63,781 bases of DNA from NCBI GenBank assembly GCA_041908405.1, contig JAYRFH010000250.1:1-63781 (forward strand). The letters are read 5' to 3'. The notes beneath the pieces are model-generated. The model had not been told where the DNA came from and did no database searches. It saw only the letters and a list, made by a program, of their open reading frames with translations. Made by a program: the position numbers and the translations under genes. Below, piece after piece: positions 38,273 through 48,096 of this stretch (its first letter is position 1; each line of letters opens with the position of its first letter). This stretch comes from Candidatus Zixiibacteriota bacterium (GTDB taxonomy: Bacteria; Zixibacteria; MSB-5A5; GN15; FEB-12).

Positions 38273-38386
38273 GCTTCGCTCTGACGGTGACGATTCCCCG
38301 TTTGAATTAGTTCATGTCGAAACCTGCGCTTCGCGCACCGGCTACGCCGACAAGGGTTTCGACCTACAATGTTTGGATGAGTTAGA

Positions 38387-39715
38387 ATGTTTGACGGTCT
38401 GTCGGATAAACTAGAGTCGGTATTTAAGACCCTGCGCGGCGTCGGGAAACTCTCGGAGAAGAATATCCGGGATTCCATGAAGCAGGTCCGCCAGGCTCTG
38501 CTCGAAGCCGACGTGAATTACAAAGTCGCGCGCGATTTCGTCAAGGCGGTCGAGGAGAAAGCGGTCGGGACCGAGGTCCTCACCTCGATCGAGCCGGGGC
38601 AGTTGATCGTCAAGATCGTGCATGACGAGCTGGTCGCCCTGTTGGGCGGGAAAACCGCGCCGCTTGCGCCGATCGACAAAAGCCCGACTGTCTACATGGT
38701 CTGCGGCTTGCAGGGTTCCGGCAAAACCACCCTTACCGGCAAGATCGCCCTGATGTCGAAGAAAAAAAACAAGAAGGTGCTGGTGGTGGCGGCCGATATC
38801 TATCGCCCGGCCGCGGTGAAGCAACTCAAGGTGCTCGCGGACCAGATCGCGGTGGAGCATTTCTTTATCGACGGGAAACAGCCGCCGGATATATGCAAAG
38901 AGGCGGTTGCGTACGCATCGAAGAATTTTGTCGACCTGGTAATCCTCGACACGGCCGGACGGCTGCATATCGACGATGACCTGATGGTCGAGCTTGAGCA
39001 GATAAAGGCGCTGGTCAAGCCGGATGAGATACTGCTGGTGGCGGATTCGATGACCGGTCAGGACGCGGTCAATGTCGCGGACCAGTTCCACAAGCGACTG
39101 GCGATCACCGGCGTGGTGCTCTCCAAGCTGGATGGCGACGCCCGCGGCGGCGCGGCGCTGTCGATCCGACAGGTGACCGGTTGTCCGATCAAGCTGGCGT
39201 CGGTCGGCGAGAAGCTCTCCGACCTGGAGCCGTTCCATCCGGATCGTTTGGCCTCGCGCATACTCGGGATGGGTGACATTGTCACCCTGGTGGAGAAGGC
39301 GCAGGAAGCGGTTGATGCCAAGCAGGCCGCCAAGTTGCAGGAGAAACTGCTCAAGGCGGAGTTCAATTTTGAAGATTTTCTCGAACAGATGGCCCAATTG
39401 AAGAAGTTGGGGCCGCTGGAAAATGTCATCGGTATGATCCCGGGGATGGGGAAACAGCTTAAAGGGATGAAGATCGATGAGCGGGAGATGGAGCGGACGA
39501 CGGCGATCATCAAATCGATGACGATCGAGGAGCGCCGATATCCGCGGATCATCGACGGGTCGCGCAAGCGACGGATCGCGAAGGGTTCCGGGAACACGGT
39601 GCAGACCGTGAACCAGTTGTTGAACCAGTTTTTCGCGATGCAGAAGATGTTCCATTCGTTAGGAGGCAAGAAAATGAAAATACCAAAAGGCTGGTCCGGC
39701 TTAGGGGCCAGGTAA
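38387..39715 (+). CDS. ffh: signal recognition particle protein
   Basis: MFDGLSDKLESVFKTLRG, GLQGSGKTT, DTAGR, LSKLDGDARGGAALS and a Met-rich M domain. Confidence 0.97.
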   Translation: MFDGLSDKLESVFKTLRGVGKLSEKNIRDSMKQVRQALLEADVNYKVARDFVKAVEEKAVGTEVLTSIEPGQLIVKIVHDELVALLGGKTAPLAPIDKSPTVYMVCGLQGSGKTTLTGKIALMSKKKNKKVLVVAADIYRPAAVKQLKVLADQIAVEHFFIDGKQPPDICKEAVAYASKNFVDLVILDTAGRLHIDDDLMVELEQIKALVKPDEILLVADSMTGQDAVNVADQFHKRLAITGVVLSKLDGDARGGAALSIRQVTGCPIKLASVGEKLSDLEPFHPDRLASRILGMGDIVTLVEKAQEAVDAKQAAKLQEKLLKAEFNFEDFLEQMAQLKKLGPLENVIGMIPGMGKQLKGMKIDEREMERTTAIIKSMTIEERRYPRIIDGSRKRRIAKGSGNTVQTVNQLLNQFFAMQKMFHSLGGKKMKIPKGWSGLGAR

Positions 39716-39729
39716 ACGGAGGCATTGAT

Positions 39730-40098
39730 TTGGCGGTTCACATCAGACTTCGCCGTATGGGCTCGATGAAGCGCCCATTCTATCGTATCGTCGCCGCGGA
39801 TTCGCGGACCGCGCGGAATGGCGCGTTCCTGGATATTCTCGGGACGTACAACCCGATCACCAAACCGGCGGTGGTGGAGATCGAGGAAAAGAAAGTAACC
39901 AAGTGGCTGGAAAACGGCGCCGTGCCGTCGGACACTGTCCGCACTCTGCTCAAGCAGGTCGGCTTCTCGTCCAAAGCGCAGCGCGCAAAGAAGGGTGAAG
40001 ATGTTTCCGGGACGGTTCTGAACAAGACCATCAAGGAACGTCCGAAGAAAACCCGGAAGATGAAGAAAGCCTCGGCCACGGCCGAAGCGGCCAAGTAA
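39730..40098 (+). CDS. rpsP: 30S ribosomal protein S16
   Basis: AVHIRLRRMGSMKRPFYRIVAADSRTARNG with a basic C-terminal extension. Confidence 0.95.
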   Translation: MAVHIRLRRMGSMKRPFYRIVAADSRTARNGAFLDILGTYNPITKPAVVEIEEKKVTKWLENGAVPSDTVRTLLKQVGFSSKAQRAKKGEDVSGTVLNKTIKERPKKTRKMKKASATAEAAK

Positions 40099-40190
40099 GA
40101 CAGTCCCGGCGCGGGAATGCGCCGGAAGTTCGGGCGGAAACCTGGTCATGAGGAGACTTGTGACCAACTGACGACTACGGGAGGCGAAGG

Positions 40191-40421
40191 ATGAAAGAGT
40201 TCCTCGAGTATGTCGTCCGGGCGCTCGTGGATCGTCCCGATGCGGTGACGATCAGTGAAGTTGAAGGCAGTCGCACGACCGTGTACGAACTACGCGTCGG
40301 CCAGGGAGATCTCGGCAAGGTGATCGGGAAGAACGGGCAGACGGCACGGTCGCTCCGCACGCTCCTGGGCGCGGTTAGCGCGCGACAGGGAAAGCGGGCG
40401 GTTCTGGAGATCTTGGAGTAG
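40191..40421 (+). CDS. KH domain-containing protein (UPF0109/YlqC family)
   Basis: 76 aa with GKVIGKNGQTARSLRTLL. Conserved position between rpsP and rimM. Confidence 0.85.
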   Translation: MKEFLEYVVRALVDRPDAVTISEVEGSRTTVYELRVGQGDLGKVIGKNGQTARSLRTLLGAVSARQGKRAVLEILE

Positions 40422-40940
40422 GTGAACGAGGAGCTGATCACAGTCGGGAAATTGGGCAAGACGCGCGGTCTCCATGGTGAGCTGTACGTCACGCCGCTGA
40501 CCGACTTCCCGGATCGCTTTCTCGAACTGACCGAGATCTATGTCGGGAGTCGCGGGGTCTGGGAGAAGATGAAGATCGTCTCTTCCCGATTGGTCGGCGG
40601 ACGGCCGGTGTTGGGGTTTGAGTCCTTCACCAGTCCCGAAGCGGCCGCACGGTTGACCAACCGTGAACTGGCGGTGCCGCGCGATGAAGTGGTGGAATTG
40701 CCGGAGGACACGTACTACGTGTTCGATATCATCGGTTGCGCGGTCTTCGGCGATGCCGACGGCCCGCAGTTGGGTGAAGTGGTCGATGTGGAGACCTATC
40801 CGGCCAACGACGCGTATGTCGTGCAGATGACGGATGGTTCCCGACGGATGCTGCCGGCGACCAAGCAGGCGGTGAAGACGGTCGACCTGAAAGACAGACG
40901 GATGGTGATAGACGCGGACAGCCTGTTGGAATTCGAGTAG
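40422..40940 (+). CDS. rimM: ribosome maturation factor RimM
   Basis: GTG start. ITVGKLGKTRGLHGEL with a PRC-barrel C-terminus. Conserved synteny. Confidence 0.9.
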   Translation: MNEELITVGKLGKTRGLHGELYVTPLTDFPDRFLELTEIYVGSRGVWEKMKIVSSRLVGGRPVLGFESFTSPEAAARLTNRELAVPRDEVVELPEDTYYVFDIIGCAVFGDADGPQLGEVVDVETYPANDAYVVQMTDGSRRMLPATKQAVKTVDLKDRRMVIDADSLLEFE

Positions 40941-40954
40941 GTGTCCGGAGAGAT

Positions 40955-41722
40955 ATGAAGTTTGCGATCGTCACGTTGTTCCCTGACTATTTTGGTCAAT
41001 CGCTTGGCCAATCACTGTTAGGCAAAGCGCGTGACAAAGGGCTCTTTGACATCGAGATAGTCAATCCGCGGGATTTCGCCACGGACAAACATCGCACTGT
41101 CGACGACACGCCCTTTGGCGGCGGCGGCGGGATGGTGATGAAAGTCGAACCGATCGATCTCGCGCTGCAGCATCTGGGGTACCGGCATCGAACTCAGGGT
41201 GAGCCGCCTTCGGAGAAGGATCGGATCATTTTGACTTCGGCCGCCGGACGCCAGTTCAATCAGGAGATGGCGATACGCTACTCCCTGTGCGACCGGATAA
41301 CGGTGATATGCGGCCATTATCTGGGGCTGGATGAACGGTTGCTGCGGTTGTACGACATGGATGAGGTCTCTATCGGAGATTACATCCTGACCGGCGGAGA
41401 GCCGGCGGCGGCGGTGATGGTGGACGCGGTGGCGCGGTTGATCCCTAAGGTGCTCGGGAATTTCGAGTCGGCGCTGAATGATTCATATATGAATCAGATG
41501 CTCGGCTCCCCCTGTTACACGCGACCGGCGGAATACGCCGGGTTGGAAGTGCCGGAGATATTGCAGCAGGGGAATCATGAGGCGATACGGAAATATCGCC
41601 GGATGGAAGCGATAAAGAAGTGTTTGATGCATCGGCCGGAACTGCTCGACAGTGCCGATCTGGATGCGACCGAGATAAAGTTCGTTGAGAAGTTGAAAAA
41701 AGAGATTAAGAATACAGAGTGA
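40955..41722 (+). CDS. trmD: tRNA (guanine37-N1)-methyltransferase
   Basis: [38 protein letters not shown] and [11 protein letters not shown]. Confidence 0.95.
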   Translation: MKFAIVTLFPDYFGQSLGQSLLGKARDKGLFDIEIVNPRDFATDKHRTVDDTPFGGGGGMVMKVEPIDLALQHLGYRHRTQGEPPSEKDRIILTSAAGRQFNQEMAIRYSLCDRITVICGHYLGLDERLLRLYDMDEVSIGDYILTGGEPAAAVMVDAVARLIPKVLGNFESALNDSYMNQMLGSPCYTRPAEYAGLEVPEILQQGNHEAIRKYRRMEAIKKCLMHRPELLDSADLDATEIKFVEKLKKEIKNTE

Positions 41723-41730
41723 GGTGTAGC

Positions 41731-42090
41731 ATGAAACAGATAGCGATCATCGAAAAAAGCTACATGCACGACAATCACCCGAAGTTCGCTCCGGGTGACA
41801 CGATCAAAGTGCATGTGAAGATCAAAGAAGGCGACAAAGAGCGCGTCCAGGTCTTCCAGGGAACGGTCATTGGCATGCGTGGCTCCGGCACCGGCGCGAC
41901 GTTTACCGTGCGCAAGATGTCCTCGGGTATCGGCGTGGAGCGTATTTTTCCGCTCTATTCGCCGAATATCGCGAAGATCGAGCATGTCCGCGCGGGACAG
42001 GTGCGTCGCGCGAAGCTCTATTATCTGCGGAATCTGACCGGTAAGTCCGCTCGAATCAAAGAAGAGATGGCGGATACCGGAAAAGAGTAA
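41731..42090 (+). CDS. rplS: 50S ribosomal protein L19
   Basis: [35 protein letters not shown]...TFTVRK. An AGGTG RBS precedes ATG 41731. Confidence 0.95.
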   Translation: MKQIAIIEKSYMHDNHPKFAPGDTIKVHVKIKEGDKERVQVFQGTVIGMRGSGTGATFTVRKMSSGIGVERIFPLYSPNIAKIEHVRAGQVRRAKLYYLRNLTGKSARIKEEMADTGKE

Positions 42091-42116
42091 GCGGAGAGTC
42101 TCTGCTGGATATTACA

Positions 42117-42144
42117 GGCGCCCCCCATGGGGGCGCTTTTTTTA
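42117..42144 (+). terminator. rho-independent terminator after rplS
   Basis: GCGCCCCC-CAT-GGGGGCGC followed by TTTTTTT. Confidence 0.75.
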
Positions 42145-42726
42145 TTTTACTGGAGGGCGGAGAATCGTAAACGTCGTATGGCCGTATTTCCGCTGTTGGT
42201 CGATCGGCAGGACATCAAACAACAGCACCTTCAGCTCTGAGGTATCATGCTGGCAGATGATCTTGGTCTCATCGGTGAAGAGCGGATAGTGGCGGAAGAG
42301 CTCAAGCGTGCGATCCATCAGCCCGACATACTGCGGCGGCGCGATCATGATGATATCAAAGACTCTCCCCTCTTTGTGCAGGCGGGGGACGGAGTCAAAG
42401 ACATCCTCGCACAGGCAATTGAGTCTGTCCGAAACGCCAAAACCTTCGGCCTGGCGGTTGATGGCATCGGCAAGTTTCGGCTCCATTTCAACTCCGATCG
42501 CCTCCGATGCCCCGCGCGAGACGGCCTCGAACAGATAGGAGCCGGTACCGGAGTAAAGGTCGAGATAGCGGGCATCGGTGATATACGGCATCAGGTAATC
42601 AAAGATCGATCTGCGAAGACGACTGAGCGGTGGGCGGGTGATGCCGAGATTGGGGGTGATGATCTTCCGCCCTTTGAGCGACCCGGCAATGATATTGAAC
42701 TCAAATTGCTTTTCCTGTGCGGCCAT
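42142..42726 (-). CDS. rsmD: 16S rRNA (guanine966-N2)-methyltransferase
   Basis: IIAGSLKGRKI, DLYSGTGSYLFEAVSRGA and an IAPPQY (DPPY-like) motif. Start taken at MAAQEKQ, which is Met20 of the track ORF. Confidence 0.85.
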   Translation of the reverse strand: MAAQEKQFEFNIIAGSLKGRKIITPNLGITRPPLSRLRRSIFDYLMPYITDARYLDLYSGTGSYLFEAVSRGASEAIGVEMEPKLADAINRQAEGFGVSDRLNCLCEDVFDSVPRLHKEGRVFDIIMIAPPQYVGLMDRTLELFRHYPLFTDETKIICQHDTSELKVLLFDVLPIDQQRKYGHTTFTILRPPVK

Positions 42727-42847
42727 GGCAGTATGATATGTCGTGGAATGCGGTAATAAAAGGGGTTTGCGTGGTCGATACATTATATGTGCAGTCAGAA
42801 CTTGCGCATCGGATTTGAAACCGCTTATCTATCAGGCAGGTAGGACC

Positions 42848-43507
42848 ATGGCCAAACAGAAAAATCAGCTCGTTGAATTATTCGACCTCTCCGGTCTCGA
42901 AGAGAATCTCTACGGCATGGGGCACCAGGCTATCTGCGGGGTTGACGAAGTCGGGCGGGGTCCGTTGGCCGGGCCGGTTGTGGCCGCGGCAGTGATACTT
43001 CCGCGCGGTGTGGAACTACCGGGTATCGACGACTCCAAAAAGCTGACTCACGACAAGCGCGAAAAGATCTGCCGGCTGATCTTTGAAGCCGAGATCCCCT
43101 GCGCCATTGGCATTATTGACAACAAGACCATCGACGAAGTCAATATTCTGCGCGCAAGTCTCCTGGCGATGCGCAAAGCGGTCAGTGAACTGAAACAGAC
43201 ACCGGATTGTCTATTGGTCGACGGCACTTACTGTATCCCGAATCTCAAACAGGCGCAATACGCGATCATCGGCGGCGATGCCCGGGTCAAATCTATCGGC
43301 GCGGCCTCGATCGTCGCCAAGGTGACGCGCGACCGGATCATGGAAAAATATCAGGAGCTGTATCCGCAGTTCTCTTTCTCGGTCCACAAAGGGTATCCGA
43401 CCCCGCAACATCTGGCGGAGTTGGAAGAGCATGGCCCCTGCGCAATCCACCGTCGGTCGTTCGGCCCGGTGATGCGTCGCATCGAACAGTATGCCCTCTT
43501 CGAGTGA
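42848..43507 (+). CDS. rnhB: ribonuclease HII
   Basis: ICGVDEVGRGPLAGPVVAAAV, DDSKKL and HKGYPT motifs. Start at MAKQKNQ. Confidence 0.93.
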   Translation: MAKQKNQLVELFDLSGLEENLYGMGHQAICGVDEVGRGPLAGPVVAAAVILPRGVELPGIDDSKKLTHDKREKICRLIFEAEIPCAIGIIDNKTIDEVNILRASLLAMRKAVSELKQTPDCLLVDGTYCIPNLKQAQYAIIGGDARVKSIGAASIVAKVTRDRIMEKYQELYPQFSFSVHKGYPTPQHLAELEEHGPCAIHRRSFGPVMRRIEQYALFE

Positions 43508-43871
43508 TAGAAAAAAGCCCGGCAACCGTCGGGCGATTGGACGACGCTACGAAGACGCGGCAGCGCAGTTCCTCATTCAACACGGTTACTCAATCCTCGA
43601 CAGAAATTATCAGGCGGGACATAAAGAGATCGACATCGTCGCCGGCAAGCCGGGACTGATCGTTTTTGTGGAGGTCAAGGCCGCGCGCTCGGATCGTTTT
43701 GGACATCCGGCCGAGTGGGTGAGTCCGCGGAAGATGAGATTGCTGACTCAGGCGGCGCAGGAGTATATCGAGAGGAAGAAAATCAGCGGACGGGATATAC
43801 GGTTTGATGTGATCTGTTTTGTGAAGGGAGAGTTGGAGTATTATCCGGGGGCGTTCGAGGGGATAGAATAG
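43491..43871 (+). CDS. yraN: YraN-family endonuclease (UPF0102)
   Basis: GRRYEDAAAQFLIQHGYSILDRNYQAGHKEIDIVA...VFVEVKAR. Conserved rnhB-yraN pairing. Confidence 0.85.
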   Translation: MPSSSDRKKPGNRRAIGRRYEDAAAQFLIQHGYSILDRNYQAGHKEIDIVAGKPGLIVFVEVKAARSDRFGHPAEWVSPRKMRLLTQAAQEYIERKKISGRDIRFDVICFVKGELEYYPGAFEGIE

Positions 43872-43876
43872 CTTCG

Positions 43877-43896
43877 GGCAGACGAGGACGTCTGCC
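43877..43896. terminator. hairpin between convergent genes
   Basis: GGCAGACG-AGGA-CGTCTGCC. The T-run is weak. Confidence 0.4.
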
Positions 43897-43904
43897 GCGC
43901 AATT

Positions 43905-44654
43905 TCACGAGTCTGAGCGGGGGAGTTTATCCAATATCTCCAAAATCGATCCCAGGTTGAATGGCTTCTGCAGGTAGCCGGCGAAGGGAGCCGGTTCAGC
44001 GGCTGTTTCTAGCAGCGACGGGTCATCCGCGCCGACCGCGATGACGGGTGTATTCGGGAATCGCTCGCGCAGTTTGAGCGTCAGTTTGTGGCCGTCGAAG
44101 TGCGGATCGGCGACATCGGCTATCACTGCCGCGAACTCACCATGCTCCATTTCGCGCATTGCCTCCGCTTCGTCGGTGGCCGAGAACGGGATATACTGAC
44201 TGTAGTTCAGGGCATCGGCAAGATTGGAGCGAAAGTCATCATCGTGGTCGATAAGCAGGACTTTACGCACCGAGCGCGCGGTCAGGCCGGACTTGCGGGC
44301 CAGTGTCTGCTCGATCAACGCTTCGATATGCTGGATGCGGAATGGCTTGGCGAGGAATCCATCCGGGTGGGCTTCACCGATCATCTCAGGCGAGGCGTAG
44401 CCAGTGATGAAGAGTACCGGCATACCGGGATAATGACGGCGGACTTTTTTGAGAAGTTGCAGACCGTCGATATCCGGCATCTTGATATCAGTTATCATCA
44501 GGTCAAAGCGGGTGTGTGACAAATGATCGAGCGCCTGTACTCCCCCCTGCGCCCCGGTCACGTGGTAGCCGATAGTTTCGAGGGTATCGACCAGCAGCCC
44601 CAATAGCATCGGGTCATCATCGACAACCAGCACTTTCGCTTTGCCCTGTTCCAT
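43905..44654 (-). CDS. response regulator with two receiver domains and no output domain
   Basis: REC1 is KVLVVDDDPMLL...DLMITDIKMPDIDG...KP. REC2 is KVLLIDHDDDF...AAVIADVADPHFDG...KP. Confidence 0.8.
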   Translation of the reverse strand: MEQGKAKVLVVDDDPMLLGLLVDTLETIGYHVTGAQGGVQALDHLSHTRFDLMITDIKMPDIDGLQLLKKVRRHYPGMPVLFITGYASPEMIGEAHPDGFLAKPFRIQHIEALIEQTLARKSGLTARSVRKVLLIDHDDDFRSNLADALNYSQYIPFSATDEAEAMREMEHGEFAAVIADVADPHFDGHKLTLKLRERFPNTPVIAVGADDPSLLETAAEPAPFAGYLQKPFNLGSILEILDKLPRSDS

Positions 44655-44655
44655 A

Positions 44656-45999
44656 TCACGACCTTATGATAGAGAGTATCTCCGCGGTTTTTTCTTCAAG
44701 GATGTGACGGTCATTGGCCTCGACATTGAGCCGGATCAGCGGCTCGGTATTGGATGCCCGGAGATTGAACCAGAAAGTGGGAAACTCGACCGTGAGGCCA
44801 TCGATCGTTTCCTGCTTTCCTTTCGCGTATTTCTGCTTGATCTGCTCGATCTTTTGCGGGATCGAGTCGACCCGGCTGTTGATCTCGCCGGAGCGGACAT
44901 AGGGGTCGATCTCTTTCACCATGTCGTGCAACGGGCGATCCTCGACCGATATCAGTTCGAGGCAGACGAGCATGGCGATAAGACCGGAATCGGCGAACCA
45001 GTTGTCGCGGAAATAGAAGTGGCCGGAATGCTCGCCGCCGAATATTGCGTTATGCTTTTTCATCAGCGGTTTGATGATGGCATGGCCGACTTTGGTCTTG
45101 ACCGCGGTGCCGCCCATTTTGGTCACCAGTTCCGGAACGGCGTGCGAACAGATGAGATTGTACAGAATCGTCTCGCCGTGATGTTTTTGCAGGAGAGATT
45201 TGGCGACCAATGCGGTGGTCATGTCTCCGCCCAGTTGACGGCCGAACTTGTCGACCAAAAACATGCGATCAGCATCGCCATCGAACGCGACGCCGAAATC
45301 GGCGTTGGTTTCGTTGATCTTCTGCTGGAGATCGACCAGGTTTTCCAGTTCGATCGGAGAAGCAGGATGATTGGGGAAATTGCCATCCAATTCGAAAAAG
45401 AGTTTGGTAACTTTGATAGGGAGTTTCTCGAGCACTGGACCGAGCGTCGCACCAGCCATGCCATTGCCGGCATCGATAACGATATGGTACGGTTTTACCT
45501 TCTTCACATCGATGAATGACAGGCAGTGCTGCGCGTATGCCTCGCTGATATCTTTGCGGACGATAGAGCCACGGCTGGGGGATTTGGCCAGCCAGGTACC
45601 ATCCTGGATCATCTTGAGCATCTGCGAGAGGCCATCCTCGCCGGAGAGCGGTTCGGCATTCACGCGGCAGATCTTAAATCCATTGTACTGTTTTGGGTTG
45701 TGACTGGCGGTGATCATGACGCCGCCCTCGTAGCCGAATTTTCCGACGGCAAAATAGAGGCCATCGGTGGAGACGAGTCCAAGATCAATTACATCAACGC
45801 CGCTGTCATTCAGGCCACGGGCGAGATGCTCGAACAGATCATCGGAGTGGACGCGCATATCGCGCCCGACGGCGATGGATCGTGGTTTGAGGTAGTTGGC
45901 GAGAGAGGCACCGATCATGTAGGCGATCTCGCCGTTGAGCTGGTCGGGGACTGTGCCGCGAATATCGTAGGCTTTGAAAATGGTCGGGTCAACAGACAT
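44656..45999 (-). CDS. phosphomannomutase/phosphoglucomutase
   Basis: Active-site TASHNPKQYNGFK. Mg loop FDGDADR. GGEHSGH sugar-binding loop. Confidence 0.92.
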   Translation of the reverse strand: MSVDPTIFKAYDIRGTVPDQLNGEIAYMIGASLANYLKPRSIAVGRDMRVHSDDLFEHLARGLNDSGVDVIDLGLVSTDGLYFAVGKFGYEGGVMITASHNPKQYNGFKICRVNAEPLSGEDGLSQMLKMIQDGTWLAKSPSRGSIVRKDISEAYAQHCLSFIDVKKVKPYHIVIDAGNGMAGATLGPVLEKLPIKVTKLFFELDGNFPNHPASPIELENLVDLQQKINETNADFGVAFDGDADRMFLVDKFGRQLGGDMTTALVAKSLLQKHHGETILYNLICSHAVPELVTKMGGTAVKTKVGHAIIKPLMKKHNAIFGGEHSGHFYFRDNWFADSGLIAMLVCLELISVEDRPLHDMVKEIDPYVRSGEINSRVDSIPQKIEQIKQKYAKGKQETIDGLTVEFPTFWFNLRASNTEPLIRLNVEANDRHILEEKTAEILSIIRS

Positions 46000-46262
46000 C
46001 GTACGCGATTCCTTCTACACAATTCGAGTTAGTCTCAGTCGCGAAGGCGACTATCGATAATACACCGTATATGGGGAGGCGAGGCAAATCAATATTAAAA
46101 TCATCCAGCCGATTGCGTATCAACGAGGTACGTTGACAAAAGACGAGCGCGGACAGAGGATATTATCGGCCCGATATACCTAACCAAAAAAACCGATTTA
46201 GTGGTTGCAGTCTATCTGTTTAGACGTAAGTTACCTCTCCTTACATTATTGAGGTAGCTGCT

Positions 46263-47987
46263 ATGAATCGCTTCGAAATGAGAGTCGACCCCCTGACACA
46301 TGAGGTCTATTATTCGGTCCCGCTGAAGGGGTACGCCCTGATGCATGACCCGCTGTTGAACAAAGGCCACGCCTTTCCGGCCGAAGAGCGAGCGGAGTTT
46401 GACCTGGAGGGATTACTTCCCGACCCGGTCGGCTCACTGGGTGATCAGGTACAACGCGATCTGGAGATATATCGAAACAAGGATACTGACCTTGGACGAT
46501 ATATCGGTCTAATGGCGCTGCAGAACCGTAACGAAACGGTCTTCTACAAATTACTTCTTGAGCACATTGAGGAAATGCTGCCGATTGTCTACACCCCGAC
46601 AGTCGGGCAGGCCTGTCTCAAGCTGTCGCATATGACCCGGCAGTATCGCGGACTCTATGTGACGCAGGAAAACGTAAATGAAATTGAGCGGATGTTGGCC
46701 AATGTTGGACTGCCGAATATCTCGCTGATTGTGGTGACCGATGGCGAGCGGATTCTCGGGCTCGGTGACCTTGGTTCCGATGGCATGGGGATCCCGGTCG
46801 GGAAGATCGCGCTGTATGTAGCGGCGGCGGGAATACACCCGGCCTCAACTTTGCCGGTCTGTCTCGATGTCGGCACCAACAACGAACGGCTGCTCAATGA
46901 CCCGCTCTATTTGGGTGTGCGCAAGCCGCGTCTCACTGGCGACGCCTACTACGAAGTCGTTGAGCGGTTTGTCCAAGGGATCAAGCGGTCATTCCCGAAC
47001 GCGCTGTTGCAGTGGGAGGATTTCGGCAAACAGCATGCGTTCTCACTGCTTGAGACCTACAAACATCGCATTCTCAGTTTTAATGACGATATCCAGGGGA
47101 CCGGCGCAACCGCGGCATCGGCTCTAAGGACCGCGTTGAAAGTTGCCGGGAAAAAGGCATCGGAACAAAAGATCGCGATCCTTGGATTCGGCCAGGCCGG
47201 TAATGGCGTGGCGAACGCCATCTGCTACATGATGCATATGGAAGAGGGTATTCCGTTGGCGGAATGCCGACGTCGGGTTTTCGCGCTCGATATGCCGGGG
47301 TTGATGCTCGAAGGGATGCCGGCGGAGGCGTACCAGAAAGATTTCCTGCAACCGAAAGCAACTATCGCGGACTGGCCGATCCCAAAGGATCGGTCGGCGA
47401 ATCTGTCCGAGGTGGTAAAGCATGCGGGCATTACCACGCTTATCGGGCTTTCCGCGCAGCCGGGAGCATTCACCGACGAGATATTGAAGCAGATGGGGAA
47501 AAATGCCGAGCGGCCGATCGTTTTCTGTCTCTCCAATCCAACGTCGAAATGCGAGGCGAAGCCGGAGGATATTCTGCGGGCGACCGAGGGTCGCGCGCTG
47601 GTAGCGACCGGAAGTCCATTCCCGCCACAGACCCTTCCCGATGGACGGCAGGTGAAGATATCGCAGTGCAATAACCTATATGTATTCCCCGGGACAGGAT
47701 TGGGGTCGATAGTCTGCCAAGCGACTCGTGTGTCGCCTACCATGTTCCAGGCGGCCAGTCGGGCGATATCCGATATGGTGACCTCGGATCAAATGGCCAA
47801 CGGCGAACTGCTTCCGCCGCTCACACATATCCGAAAAGTCTCGTTCCAGGTTGCTCTCGCAGTCGCCAAACAGGCGCGCGCGGAAGGGATCGGGATGAAA
47901 GTTACCGATGACCGGCTGGCATCGCTGATCTACGCGGCGATGTGGGAACCGCACTACTATCCATACCGGTATCAGCCGTCGAGATGA
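46263..47987 (+). CDS. NAD(P)-dependent malic enzyme (long form)
   Basis: 574 aa. VYTPTVGQAC, VVTDGERILGLGDLG, FNDDIQGTGA and the GFGQAGNG Rossmann motif. Confidence 0.93.
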   Translation: MNRFEMRVDPLTHEVYYSVPLKGYALMHDPLLNKGHAFPAEERAEFDLEGLLPDPVGSLGDQVQRDLEIYRNKDTDLGRYIGLMALQNRNETVFYKLLLEHIEEMLPIVYTPTVGQACLKLSHMTRQYRGLYVTQENVNEIERMLANVGLPNISLIVVTDGERILGLGDLGSDGMGIPVGKIALYVAAAGIHPASTLPVCLDVGTNNERLLNDPLYLGVRKPRLTGDAYYEVVERFVQGIKRSFPNALLQWEDFGKQHAFSLLETYKHRILSFNDDIQGTGATAASALRTALKVAGKKASEQKIAILGFGQAGNGVANAICYMMHMEEGIPLAECRRRVFALDMPGLMLEGMPAEAYQKDFLQPKATIADWPIPKDRSANLSEVVKHAGITTLIGLSAQPGAFTDEILKQMGKNAERPIVFCLSNPTSKCEAKPEDILRATEGRALVATGSPFPPQTLPDGRQVKISQCNNLYVFPGTGLGSIVCQATRVSPTMFQAASRAISDMVTSDQMANGELLPPLTHIRKVSFQVALAVAKQARAEGIGMKVTDDRLASLIYAAMWEPHYYPYRYQPSR

Positions 47988-47994
47988 CCTCACA

Positions 47995-48022
47995 GGGCGG
48001 GGCTTTCGCCCCGCCCTTTTTC
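47995..48022 (+). terminator. rho-independent terminator
   Basis: GGGCGGGGC-TTTC-GCCCCGCCC followed by TTTTT. Confidence 0.78.
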
Positions 48023-48096
48023 GCTTTTCGGGGAGATTGCCAAGATAATCCGGGCATCGTACATTGACCGTAGAACCGCTCTCTTTGGAGTATGAC

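Noticed and set aside
38082-38386. Possible SRP RNA (ffs) or other known ncRNA in the AT-rich gap before ffh.
   Set aside because: No match to the conserved SRP domain IV sequence (GGUCAGGUCCGGAAGGAAGCAGC-like) on either strand. Only a promoter-like element and leader hairpins were seen.
38411-39655. 414-aa ORF antisense to ffh. The 369-aa ORF 39058..40167 antisense to ffh/rpsP is the same kind of case.
   Set aside because: It lies entirely within or opposite strongly recognisable genes (ffh, rpsP). Its composition is Arg/Leu/His-rich and typical of shadow frames in GC-rich DNA. It has no recognisable motifs.
44641-45519. 292-aa ORF antisense to the phosphomannomutase gene. ORF 45526..46032 is the same kind of case.
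   Set aside because: A shadow ORF opposite a gene with a clear active-site motif. It is low-complexity and Asp/Arg/Phe-rich with no motifs.
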